Source of the DNA: a virus | Lineage: Duplodnaviria; Caudoviricetes | IMG/VR virus record: IMGVR_UViG_3300028833_003520 | Strand: one strand, 5' to 3' | Length of the DNA: 64,000 bases | In this document: piece by piece, positions 46,854 to 55,769 of the stretch | Position numbering within the stretch: position 1 is the stretch's first letter | Layout of the letters: the number at the start of each line of letters is the position of its first letter | Position numbers and translations under genes: made by a program | The notes under the pieces: generated by a model | What the model was told of the DNA's origin: nothing | What the model saw: only the letters and a program-made list of their open reading frames with translations | Databases searched by the model: none

Positions 46854-47177
46854 ATGTATCAGGCGGCAGGCTGGTTCCTTATGATGTTCGCAATTCCTTA
46901 TCTCTTTTATGTCTGTGAGACAGGCATACTATCGTTGATAGGCTTGCTGATTAGTAAGAAAGCCGTGAGAGCAAAACAAATTTTGCTGATAATATCTTGT
47001 GTTGAAAATGGTACGGCTTTATTCTTTGATTTTGTGATGTCAATATATGCGAAAGATTTTAATTCAGCATTGTTATTGATTATTTGGGGCGGAGCGTTTA
47101 TAAGGGTTAGTATTCTAATAGGACAAATAATCAATTATGTGATATGTAAGAAGAAAAAGATTGCAGGTTTCTGTTAA
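46854..47177 (+). CDS. Small membrane protein
   Basis: Three hydrophobic segments, AAGGAAGG RBS. Confidence 0.65.
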   Translation: MYQAAGWFLMMFAIPYLFYVCETGILSLIGLLISKKAVRAKQILLIISCVENGTALFFDFVMSIYAKDFNSALLLIIWGGAFIRVSILIGQIINYVICKKKKIAGFC

Positions 47178-47199
47178 GAAGCCTGTTTTCATTTCTACG

Positions 47200-47453
47200 A
47201 ATTTATCGTGTTTGTTGAGGATGGGCAGGGTCCCTATCCGAGACGAAGGCGACACATTGGTTAACCGCACGGGCGTAGTCCGTGTGGGTTATGCAATGTA
47301 AAGCCAGGAACGAGCCGTAAATCGTAGCGAGGCACCAACAAACTATCGAGCAAGTTTCGCTTGCGACGATATTTTGTTCGAAATTACAACGAAGGACAGT
47401 ACGAGTTGTGTCTTGAACTAAGTTGTGGTGTATTACGGTTTATGCGTAATACT
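47200..47453 (+). other. Branched + strand-folding element (candidate single-strand origin or ncRNA)
   Basis: GTTTGTTG/CAACAAAC closing helix, several GC-rich hairpins with G.T pairs on +, cGTAg triloop, TAGCGA. Confidence 0.5.
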
Positions 47454-47601
47454 TCAGAGAAAGAAAAAGTGTGCTAAAAGTGTGTCATTGAACTGAAAAA
47501 TTTCTTGATTTATCAGTGAATTAGTGATATATTTATATCGTAAATTTGGCACACTAATGACACGAGAGGTAGGAAATGCTGGTATTTAGTGAGGAGAAAA
47601 T

Positions 47602-48477
47602 ATGAGTAGAAACTCAAGGCATTTCATTTGGTTTGTAAGCATTTGTTGCTTATTGATGATGATAGTTGCAGGTTACATATTACTTCAAAATGTGAAGCAA
47701 GATAATCAGTTGCAGGAAGAGGAGCAAGTGATAGAGTCGTTAAGAGAAGAGGTCGTAATTACTCCTACACCTACGCCAACACCAACGGTGGAGACGAGTG
47801 TTACTGAGCCTGCCGAAGAGATAGACCCTTATCTTCTTGTTCGTATTGATTTTGACGAACTTCAGAGTCAAAATGCTGATTGCCAGAGATGGATAACGAT
47901 ACCTGATACAAATGTGGATTATCCTGTAATGGAAGAATCCGAATTTAAGCAAGACGGAGATTATTTCTATCTTCATCACGATTTTAATCGTAAGTGGAAA
48001 TCTTCGGGTTCGATATTTACGCTGCCAAGCACATTCAACGGAAATGAAGACGCACACCTCTTGGTGTTCGGTCATCATATGGTTGATAAGACAGTTGCTT
48101 TTAGCAACTTTAGGAACTACTTCTTAGACGAAGAAGATGCGATGGCACATCGTTACATCTATATGTACTATCCGAACCATTCGGAAAAATGGGTCGTATG
48201 GACAGTTGTAGAAGGAGTGAGTTCGGACAAGGTGTACACTATACCTTACACTCTTGGAACACAGGATTATCAAAATATGCTTGATGAATGTGCGAATAAG
48301 GGTGAGTTTCAATTAGTGGATGCTCCCACGAGTGAAACGAAAACGCTTATCTTAAGTACGTGTAATGGCAGACAGGCAGGACAGAAGTACCGACTGTATG
48401 TCGTCGCTGTACCTATGGCAAGATATTACTATGATATAGAAACATTAGTAAAGGAGAACTACTATGAAGCAGATTAA
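47602..48477 (+). CDS. srtB: Class B sortase
   Basis: N-terminal TM; WITIPDTNVDYPV, YLHHDF, FGHHM, LILSTC..R motifs. Confidence 0.9.
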   Translation: MSRNSRHFIWFVSICCLLMMIVAGYILLQNVKQDNQLQEEEQVIESLREEVVITPTPTPTPTVETSVTEPAEEIDPYLLVRIDFDELQSQNADCQRWITIPDTNVDYPVMEESEFKQDGDYFYLHHDFNRKWKSSGSIFTLPSTFNGNEDAHLLVFGHHMVDKTVAFSNFRNYFLDEEDAMAHRYIYMYYPNHSEKWVVWTVVEGVSSDKVYTIPYTLGTQDYQNMLDECANKGEFQLVDAPTSETKTLILSTCNGRQAGQKYRLYVVAVPMARYYYDIETLVKENYYEAD

Positions 48478-50104
48478 GAAGATTCTGTCACTTGTGTGTG
48501 TTGGAGCGTTAGCGTTGTCAATGCTAACAGCGTGCAACAATCCTACGCCTACTGAAACTTCTGTCACTATGACTGAAGACGATAATCAGATTAGGCTGAG
48601 ACTTGTTGAGGCAATCAACACAACGAAAGCCAATGAGAGTTTTGTTGTAACTGCATCGCATACTTATACGATGAATATGGCAAATTCTATGAATGGCATT
48701 TCAATTCCGACAGTGCTTCGAAGCAATTTTTCGGGTACTTATAAGTACAACAAAACTGTTGGCGATTTGTTCGTCAACGAAAATAATTATACAGTAACCG
48801 CAACAGACTCTACTGGTGCTCATCAGGAGACTCAGGAGTCAAGAAACTCCTATGTTGAAGTATTCAAGGCAGATACAAAGACGTTCTATTTCTCGCAGAC
48901 AGGCGATAATTCGCAGATGTATAGTGCGTCGTTCGATTTCAATTCGATGGTTGATGAGATTGTAACTGCATTGGTTGCAACAAGTGGTGATTATACAATT
49001 CTTGAATCGGCAAATCAGACAACGATTACGCAGTCGATTGCTGATGCTACGAAAGATGAAAATTTCCAAGCCGTAAGAGAAAAGTGGCACGATATGCTTA
49101 TGTCCGTAACTGAATATTCGTCTATGATGACGATTATTTCAGATGGTCTTATCACATACACTATTGATAATAAGACAGGCAACATTACTTGCATTGAGAT
49201 TAAGAATGTTAATATTACGGATAGTCAGGCAAAGAGTTTGTTCAGTGGTAACGACAGTCTTATTGTCGGTAATATCACTATGACTGCTTCAATGAAATGG
49301 ACATTTTCCGAATTCAATACTGTAACAGAAGACGATATTATGGTCTATAGAGACCAAATGAATAATGCAATCGAGCATACAGATAAGCCTTCTCCGACAC
49401 CTACTCCAGAGGTTGACCAGACGATTATTTCTTCGGATGGTTCGTTTGACCAAGTAGGTGTAGCAAATTACGAGTTAAAAGAAGACTTGCCTGCATCTTC
49501 ATTCAACGCTTTTCAGTATAATTCAGAAGATTATACTTTCCCTGTTGCGTTGAATACATTCATTGATAATGGTTGGAATTTTACAAATTACGACGAAGCA
49601 GATGGTTGTTTCTATTTCACAAATGAGGCTTATCCGTATGTTAAATTAGCCTTAGTCGGCAACGAAGGTGATACCGAGATTGATGAGTTGGCTATTAGTG
49701 GCGTATCAGGTATATCGGTCATTTGCACTGAGGCTATTAAGAACGGTGGTTCATCGTTCCCTGGCATAACCGTTACAAATGCAAATATTCACGTTGGAGA
49801 TACCGCAGTACACGTTCTTGAGACATTCGGTAAGCCTGATATGACAACGATTGGAGCCGAGTATGACACATATACTTATGCGGTTTACGACACTGAAGGT
49901 GTAACAGGCGAAATCCATATCGTTGCACAGTTCTATGTAACAATCCATCATATCAATGGTCAGCATCTTGTTGAGACTTATGGTGTTCAGTATCTTAAGA
50001 CAGTTGTGCAGAACACAGAGCCGACTGGAACTGAGCCTTCAAGCACAACAGATGCAACGGCAGAGACGACAACAAGTGCAACAACACAGACAAGCGGTAA
50101 TTAA
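48464..50104 (+). CDS. Lipoprotein
   Basis: Signal peptide with lipobox LTAC; Thr-rich tail. Confidence 0.8.
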   Translation: MKQIKKILSLVCVGALALSMLTACNNPTPTETSVTMTEDDNQIRLRLVEAINTTKANESFVVTASHTYTMNMANSMNGISIPTVLRSNFSGTYKYNKTVGDLFVNENNYTVTATDSTGAHQETQESRNSYVEVFKADTKTFYFSQTGDNSQMYSASFDFNSMVDEIVTALVATSGDYTILESANQTTITQSIADATKDENFQAVREKWHDMLMSVTEYSSMMTIISDGLITYTIDNKTGNITCIEIKNVNITDSQAKSLFSGNDSLIVGNITMTASMKWTFSEFNTVTEDDIMVYRDQMNNAIEHTDKPSPTPTPEVDQTIISSDGSFDQVGVANYELKEDLPASSFNAFQYNSEDYTFPVALNTFIDNGWNFTNYDEADGCFYFTNEAYPYVKLALVGNEGDTEIDELAISGVSGISVICTEAIKNGGSSFPGITVTNANIHVGDTAVHVLETFGKPDMTTIGAEYDTYTYAVYDTEGVTGEIHIVAQFYVTIHHINGQHLVETYGVQYLKTVVQNTEPTGTEPSSTTDATAETTTSATTQTSGN

Positions 50105-50115
50105 GGAGTGTTAGT

Positions 50116-50451
50116 ATGGCTGTAAAGGAAACAAATCACAGAGTCACAGCGACTATCAGTGAAGACGAGTTTCAGCGTATGCAGTATTGGTCAGCAAGAG
50201 CAGGGCTTTCAATCAATGAGTTTTTGCGTGATGCGATAGAGGAAAAAATCAAGAGAGCCAATGGTGATTATGATTTACCTACGCTTGAACAGCAAAGGCT
50301 TAATCAATTGATTGAGGTTATTGTAGGTTTGCGTGATGATGTTAACAGATTAGGCGACATATTCCATACGGATATTGACGCTCTGAACAAACTCACAAAA
50401 GGCGATACAAAGTATCTTTCACACACTCTTGATGACGGTGATGTTGGCTAA
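50116..50451 (+). CDS. Ribbon-helix-helix (CopG-like) protein
   Basis: RVTATISEDE..GLSINEFLRDAIEE. Confidence 0.7.
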   Translation: MAVKETNHRVTATISEDEFQRMQYWSARAGLSINEFLRDAIEEKIKRANGDYDLPTLEQQRLNQLIEVIVGLRDDVNRLGDIFHTDIDALNKLTKGDTKYLSHTLDDGDVG

Positions 50452-50468
50452 TGAAAGGGTGAAGATTT

Positions 50469-51239
50469 ATGGGATATGAATCAATGAAAGTACAGGCTAA
50501 CGAGGAAAAGTTACAGGCATTGAAAAATGCAGGTGAAATTCCGCAGACTGTGGAACTTCCTCGTAAGAGACCTGAACCGAAATTTGAAGATGAGCCTGTT
50601 CGACAAGTTGAAGAACAGCCTTCAAATTTAGAGGGTGATGCTGATGATTATGAGGTTGGCGGAAGTGGTTCGGGAAGTGCTAACGAACCGACAACTTCTG
50701 ATTATCGAGACTCAACGAAGTTAGAGCCTCAGATGCCTTCAGGTGGAACAAAGAGTTCGCCTGGACGTAAACCGAAGAATCGAATCACGGGTAAGGTCGT
50801 TCAGATAAGAGATTTTCCGAGAGATTTGATGGCTATAGCAAGAGCCGAATTTCCTAATGCTCAAAATCAGACAGATGCTTTAGCAGCGTATGTCTATGTT
50901 AAGTCTGGAAAGACGGGAATAGAGGTGTCTGATGAGGTTAAGGCGTTGGTCAAGACCTATGAAGGCGATAAAACTTTGCAGAATATCGAGGCTCGCTTGG
51001 AAGCGATTGAGAGCAATACCTTTGATACAAAGTCGCTTTTAAGAGAAGTATGGTATGGCATCTTGTATGTTATACGAGACAGACTTGGTATGAGAAAGCA
51101 CAATCCTGATACAGAGAAGGATGTGCAGTTCTTCGAGCGTGACGGTATTGCTATTCTTGGCGATACTTTACACGCACAGGTTATTGATAAGAAGAGACGA
51201 GATAAGCAAAGAGAAGGTTCATCTCATAAATATAGGTAA
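50469..51239 (+). CDS. Hypothetical transfer-region protein
   Basis: 256-aa ORF in operon. Confidence 0.75.
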   Translation: MGYESMKVQANEEKLQALKNAGEIPQTVELPRKRPEPKFEDEPVRQVEEQPSNLEGDADDYEVGGSGSGSANEPTTSDYRDSTKLEPQMPSGGTKSSPGRKPKNRITGKVVQIRDFPRDLMAIARAEFPNAQNQTDALAAYVYVKSGKTGIEVSDEVKALVKTYEGDKTLQNIEARLEAIESNTFDTKSLLREVWYGILYVIRDRLGMRKHNPDTEKDVQFFERDGIAILGDTLHAQVIDKKRRDKQREGSSHKYR

Positions 51240-51256
51240 CGAAAGGAACATTAACG

Positions 51257-51595
51257 ATGGATAAGAAAGACAGAAACACTTATTCTTTTTATCAGATGGT
51301 TAACACAATAGGCATCATTATCGGTCTTATTGTTGTATTTATTGGTGTAACGTATTGTTCGGGTACAGCGAAGTGGATAGTTGAAGTTGTCGGAGTTGCC
51401 TTTGTCGTTATTTTCGGTCTTTTGGCTCATAACTTGAGTACACAGAAGACTGCTATCGAGAATGGCGAGATAGGCAAGGATAACGAGGAAGAGGAAGAAG
51501 AGTCTTTCGAAGCATCTGACGAGGAGAATATAGAGGAAGAAGTATCTTCTGACGAAGACAAAGCAACCATAACGTCTTTAATAGACGAAAAATAA
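51257..51595 (+). CDS. Membrane protein with acidic tail
   Basis: 2 TM + Glu-rich C-terminus. Confidence 0.75.
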   Translation: MDKKDRNTYSFYQMVNTIGIIIGLIVVFIGVTYCSGTAKWIVEVVGVAFVVIFGLLAHNLSTQKTAIENGEIGKDNEEEEEESFEASDEENIEEEVSSDEDKATITSLIDEK

Positions 51596-51610
51596 GGAAG
51601 GAGAACAGTT

Positions 51611-52171
51611 ATGGCGATTTTTGTGGACGGTTTATGGATTTCGGGTTTGACACTCCATATCCATCGAAAGGGAGCACCTATCCCTGCAGGAATGCAAGAA
51701 GATTACATCAAGATTAACGCTACACCTACGCAGATAAATGCGATTGCAGCCCTTTTGGGCTTGGGTTTTCGTAATGGCGATTTGTTGATGTATTCGGACG
51801 AGGACCTTCGTAACCATATTACGAAGAAAGAAGGCTTTAATTTTCAAATGGAATATGAAGCCATTAACTCTCGTGAGAGGAATGAGCGTCGCTCCATTCC
51901 TGTCGTTAGCCCACTTAATGAAAGTAAGTTGGTGAATGATATGGATATTACGAGGAATGGTGAGATGTACTTTTGGAAGCAAGAGGACGTAACAAAGCCG
52001 ATTAGTGATAGCAATACTCAACCTGTTGATAATTATGTCGATGAGGAAGGCAATGAGTATATGGATGTACCGATGTATGAAGGTAACATTGAGTATCTTG
52101 AAGACGAGGCATTGGCTGATGCTGATGCAAAGCCTGTATCAGAGGAGGGATTGGACGATGAAGAAGATTAA
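51611..52171 (+). CDS. Hypothetical acidic protein
   Basis: AAGGAG RBS. Confidence 0.75.
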   Translation: MAIFVDGLWISGLTLHIHRKGAPIPAGMQEDYIKINATPTQINAIAALLGLGFRNGDLLMYSDEDLRNHITKKEGFNFQMEYEAINSRERNERRSIPVVSPLNESKLVNDMDITRNGEMYFWKQEDVTKPISDSNTQPVDNYVDEEGNEYMDVPMYEGNIEYLEDEALADADAKPVSEEGLDDEED

Positions 52172-52424
52172 AACACTTGTATCTATCGGACTTGTAAGTG
52201 CGAGTTTACTGGGATTAGTAGCGTGTTCGGAAAAGATGCCACAGGGAGATTTTCCTGAATCCGATACAACTACTATGGTTGCAGAGACGACTATAGAGTC
52301 AACGACTGATGTTGAAGCCTCTATGTTCTATCGGGCGGCTTATGATAGGCTTATGCAGAAACTTTCTGAACGCCCGAAGATAGAGCCTAATCACTTAATT
52401 AAATGCGGTAATCGCCGAATTTAA
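52158..52424 (+). CDS. Small lipoprotein
   Basis: MKKIK..LVAC lipobox; GAGGAGG RBS. Confidence 0.65.
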   Translation: MKKIKTLVSIGLVSASLLGLVACSEKMPQGDFPESDTTTMVAETTIESTTDVEASMFYRAAYDRLMQKLSERPKIEPNHLIKCGNRRI

Positions 52425-52506
52425 TTAGGGAACAAATCCACTTGTAAAGAGGATTAAAAGTTCCCCAACATAAGTGAGAATTTGCTCATAAATAAGTCTT
52501 TTCTTA

Positions 52507-52535
52507 TTGAAAAGGTGTGTCAATTATGTTACTAT
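52507..52535 (+). promoter_or_regulatory. Promoter of topoisomerase/T4SS operon
   Basis: TTGAAA-17-TACTAT, extended -10; operator variant at 52483. Confidence 0.7.
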
Positions 52536-52618
52536 TGGTTTGTGGAGTTTCCACCTGTTGACTTCACAAACTGTAAAAAGCCTTTACGACAAAGGTTACA
52601 GTAAAAGGAGAACGAAAG

Positions 52619-54787
52619 ATGATAGGTATTCTTAACGAAAAACCTTCCCAAATGCGTAACTTTGAGAAAGCATTAGGTGGCAATCGTGGCAAGTTCAATG
52701 GCGAAGATTATGTACTTGTAGCAGCGAGAGGTCACTTATATGAGTACGTTGACCCTGACAAGCAGGTTTCTCCTGCTCTTGCTGAACAGTACCACGCTTG
52801 GGACTTGAAGTATCTTCCTTGGGACGAAAAACAGTTTGCTTGGAAGAGAGAGAAGAAACCAGATACAGCATCCACTTTGAAGACCATCAAAGATGTACTT
52901 TCAAAATGTGATGAGATTTGTATCGCAACCGACGATGACCCTACGGGTGAAGGAGAGTTGCTTGCTTGGGAGATTCTTGATGAATTGAATTTACGACCTA
53001 AGAAGTGGTCTCGTATGTATTTTGAAGACGAAGCCGAGAGTTCTATTCAAGCGGCGTTTAAGAAGAGAAAGACAATTCCTTCGATGGACGAAGATATGGA
53101 CTACGTTAAGGCGAAGTATAGAAGCCAGTGGGATTTTATGTCTATGCAGTGGACTCGTATTGCTACAAGGTTTGGTGATGGAAGAACTGTACTTCGTCAG
53201 GGCAGACTTAAATCGGCAATGGTACTTATCGTAGGCGATGGACTCAAAGCCTACAATGAGTATAAGAAGGTTCCTTCTTACCAAAACAGATTTAAGGATG
53301 AAAATGGCAATATCTTTACGAGTAAAGATGAGCCTATTTTCCCGAAGGCAACCGATGTACCGAAGACTTATCACGATTCTGATGTAATCGTAGATAGCAA
53401 GGAAATGCGTTCTTCGGCTCCACCGAAGTTAATCGACCTTTCTACATTATCTTCAATGCTTGCAGGAAAGGGTGTTAAAGCAAAAGATGTCCTTGCGGTA
53501 TATCAGAAGATGTACGAGGCTCAGGTTGTATCTTATCCGAGAACCGAGGATAAGTGCATAACCAAAGAACAGTTCGACCAGTTGCTTCCGAAGATTGACG
53601 CTATCGCTAAACTTGTTGGTGTCGATACGAAGTTACTTACTCATAGAGCACCTCGTAAGACTCATATTAAGGACGGTATGGCACACGGTGCTAACAGACC
53701 TGGACTTAATGTACCGAAGTCAATGGACGATTTGGATAGGTTCGGTTCTTGTGCAAGGGATATTTACACTATTCTTGCAAGAAACTATCTCGCAATGCTT
53801 GGCGAGGATTATGAGTATGAGTTCCAGAAAGGTCATCTGAAGGATTATCCTGCATTCATAGGAACGGCTTCTGTTCCGAAGAAGATGGGTTATAAAGCAA
53901 TTTTCTCTGATATGGATGACGAGGAAGATACGAGCAAAGGTCTTGGAACAAGAGCAAAGCCGTATGTTCACGAGATTATCCCTCCGAGACCTCCGTACCC
54001 TACAATGAAGTGGCTTATGAAGCAACTTGAGAAGTATGATGTAGGTACGGGTGCTACGAGAACAAGCACGTATGCAGAGGTAACGAATGCTAAGTCGAAG
54101 ACAGCCTTGATGTCAGAGTCAAAGGGTAAGATTTCATTTACTCTTTGTGGCGAAATGAGTTATAAATTGCTGCCTGGAACGAATATCGGTGACCTTAAGA
54201 TTACCGAAAAAGTAATGGCTGATATGAAAGCCATTTCACAAGGTAAGGCGAATCTGAACGAATGTCTGAAAGATATACAGCGTATGGTTCGTGAAGATAT
54301 AGAAACTATGAAATCCAATAGTGCGACAATGAGAAAGGAGTTAGGCGTTATGGATAATTCACAGAAGGAGAAGTACACAGGTACTTGGAATGGCAAAGAG
54401 GTCTCATTCAACAAGGAGTGGAGTGGACACAAGTTTACGGATGCAGAGTGCGAGAAACTCTGTAATGGCGAAGTAATTGAGATTACGGCTGTCTCTAAAA
54501 AGACAGGTAAGCCTTTTACAGTTAAGGGTGCTCTTGCAGAAGATACTTACAATGGTAACCCCTTTGTCGGTTTCAAGCCTGACTTCAATAGTGGTAGCGT
54601 ACCTGCAGAGTGGTGCAAGCACAAGTTCACAGAGGATGAGAAAATCCTTCTTGAACAGGGCAAGATTGTCGAGGCAGATGACTTCGTAGGTAAGAAGGGA
54701 ACTGCATTTACCACAAGGGTTCGCTACGGTGAAAAGAAGGACGGTAGCAAGGGTATTATCCCTGAATTCGATAAAGAGAACTTCTAA
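52619..54787 (+). CDS. topB: Type IA DNA topoisomerase (plasmid Topo III-like) with C-terminal repeats
   Basis: NEKPS, GHL, ATDxDxxGE TOPRIM; GRLKS; SYPRT catalytic Tyr; GTGATR. Confidence 0.9.
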   Translation: MIGILNEKPSQMRNFEKALGGNRGKFNGEDYVLVAARGHLYEYVDPDKQVSPALAEQYHAWDLKYLPWDEKQFAWKREKKPDTASTLKTIKDVLSKCDEICIATDDDPTGEGELLAWEILDELNLRPKKWSRMYFEDEAESSIQAAFKKRKTIPSMDEDMDYVKAKYRSQWDFMSMQWTRIATRFGDGRTVLRQGRLKSAMVLIVGDGLKAYNEYKKVPSYQNRFKDENGNIFTSKDEPIFPKATDVPKTYHDSDVIVDSKEMRSSAPPKLIDLSTLSSMLAGKGVKAKDVLAVYQKMYEAQVVSYPRTEDKCITKEQFDQLLPKIDAIAKLVGVDTKLLTHRAPRKTHIKDGMAHGANRPGLNVPKSMDDLDRFGSCARDIYTILARNYLAMLGEDYEYEFQKGHLKDYPAFIGTASVPKKMGYKAIFSDMDDEEDTSKGLGTRAKPYVHEIIPPRPPYPTMKWLMKQLEKYDVGTGATRTSTYAEVTNAKSKTALMSESKGKISFTLCGEMSYKLLPGTNIGDLKITEKVMADMKAISQGKANLNECLKDIQRMVREDIETMKSNSATMRKELGVMDNSQKEKYTGTWNGKEVSFNKEWSGHKFTDAECEKLCNGEVIEITAVSKKTGKPFTVKGALAEDTYNGNPFVGFKPDFNSGSVPAEWCKHKFTEDEKILLEQGKIVEADDFVGKKGTAFTTRVRYGEKKDGSKGIIPEFDKENF

Positions 54788-54887
54788 TCGAATATTGTGA
54801 TGTTATAATCAAAGGCTATTGGCAGAGTTGCAGTTTTTGTGGCTCTGCTATAGTCGTAAAATATAAGGAAAGGAGATAAAACAAGCA

Positions 54888-55751
54888 ATGAAGGATAATT
54901 ACAGAATTCCTGCTGACCTTAACTCCAGTTACGGAGATATGGAGATTGCTATTCAGAATAAAGACGGCATCGGTCTTAAACCGTTGCCTATTAAGGTAAT
55001 CATATCGTATTTGGGGTCAGGTCTTGTATTGTTTTGGCTCGTTACACACTCTTTTATCGGTAATGGCTCATTACCGCAGATTGTTCTCTTTTGTATCGTC
55101 TGGCTTGCATTAACTTTTGTTCTTACTTCGTTTGATAAAACGAGAAGAATGAATGTGCAGACTATTCCTACACTTTTGGATTATCTTCCGAAAGCGAATA
55201 GGAATATTATTGTTCGTAGGACAAGTCCTGCGAACGATTTTATGCACATCGTTAAGATTTCGAAGATTAACGAGAACGGACTTATCGAATTTGCAGACGG
55301 AAACTACGGTTATCTGTATAGAATAACGGGTTCTGCCTCAATTCTCCTTTTTGAAGACGATAAGTCAGTTATTGTACAGAGGGTTGACTCATTTTTCCGT
55401 AAAATCGGTACTAATTGCGAAGTAAATTTCATTACTGTAAAGGAGCCTCAGCAGGTCTATAGGCAAGTGGCAGCACTCAAGCGTAAGTTTGACAAGTTGA
55501 CAATTGCAGATGATGAACTTCGTGCTCTCGCAATGGACCAATTTGATACTCTGAACAATTATGTTGGTCAGGAGTTTAAGTCAATCCATCAGTATCTTCT
55601 TTTAACTGCCGACAATCGTGAGGCATTAACGCAGAATAAGAATGTTCTGCAAGCAGAAATTGAAGGTTCGTCAAGAATGTTTAAGCAGTGTGTTGCTCTT
55701 TACGAGGAAGACATTATTCAGTTTTTTGCTTCAATTTATAGAAAGTCCTAA
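54888..55751 (+). CDS. Conjugation membrane protein (VirB3/PrgI-like)
   Basis: 2 TM, position directly before the VirB4-like gene. Confidence 0.55.
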   Translation: MKDNYRIPADLNSSYGDMEIAIQNKDGIGLKPLPIKVIISYLGSGLVLFWLVTHSFIGNGSLPQIVLFCIVWLALTFVLTSFDKTRRMNVQTIPTLLDYLPKANRNIIVRRTSPANDFMHIVKISKINENGLIEFADGNYGYLYRITGSASILLFEDDKSVIVQRVDSFFRKIGTNCEVNFITVKEPQQVYRQVAALKRKFDKLTIADDELRALAMDQFDTLNNYVGQEFKSIHQYLLLTADNREALTQNKNVLQAEIEGSSRMFKQCVALYEEDIIQFFASIYRKS

Positions 55752-55769
55752 GGAGAGAGGTCGTAAACA

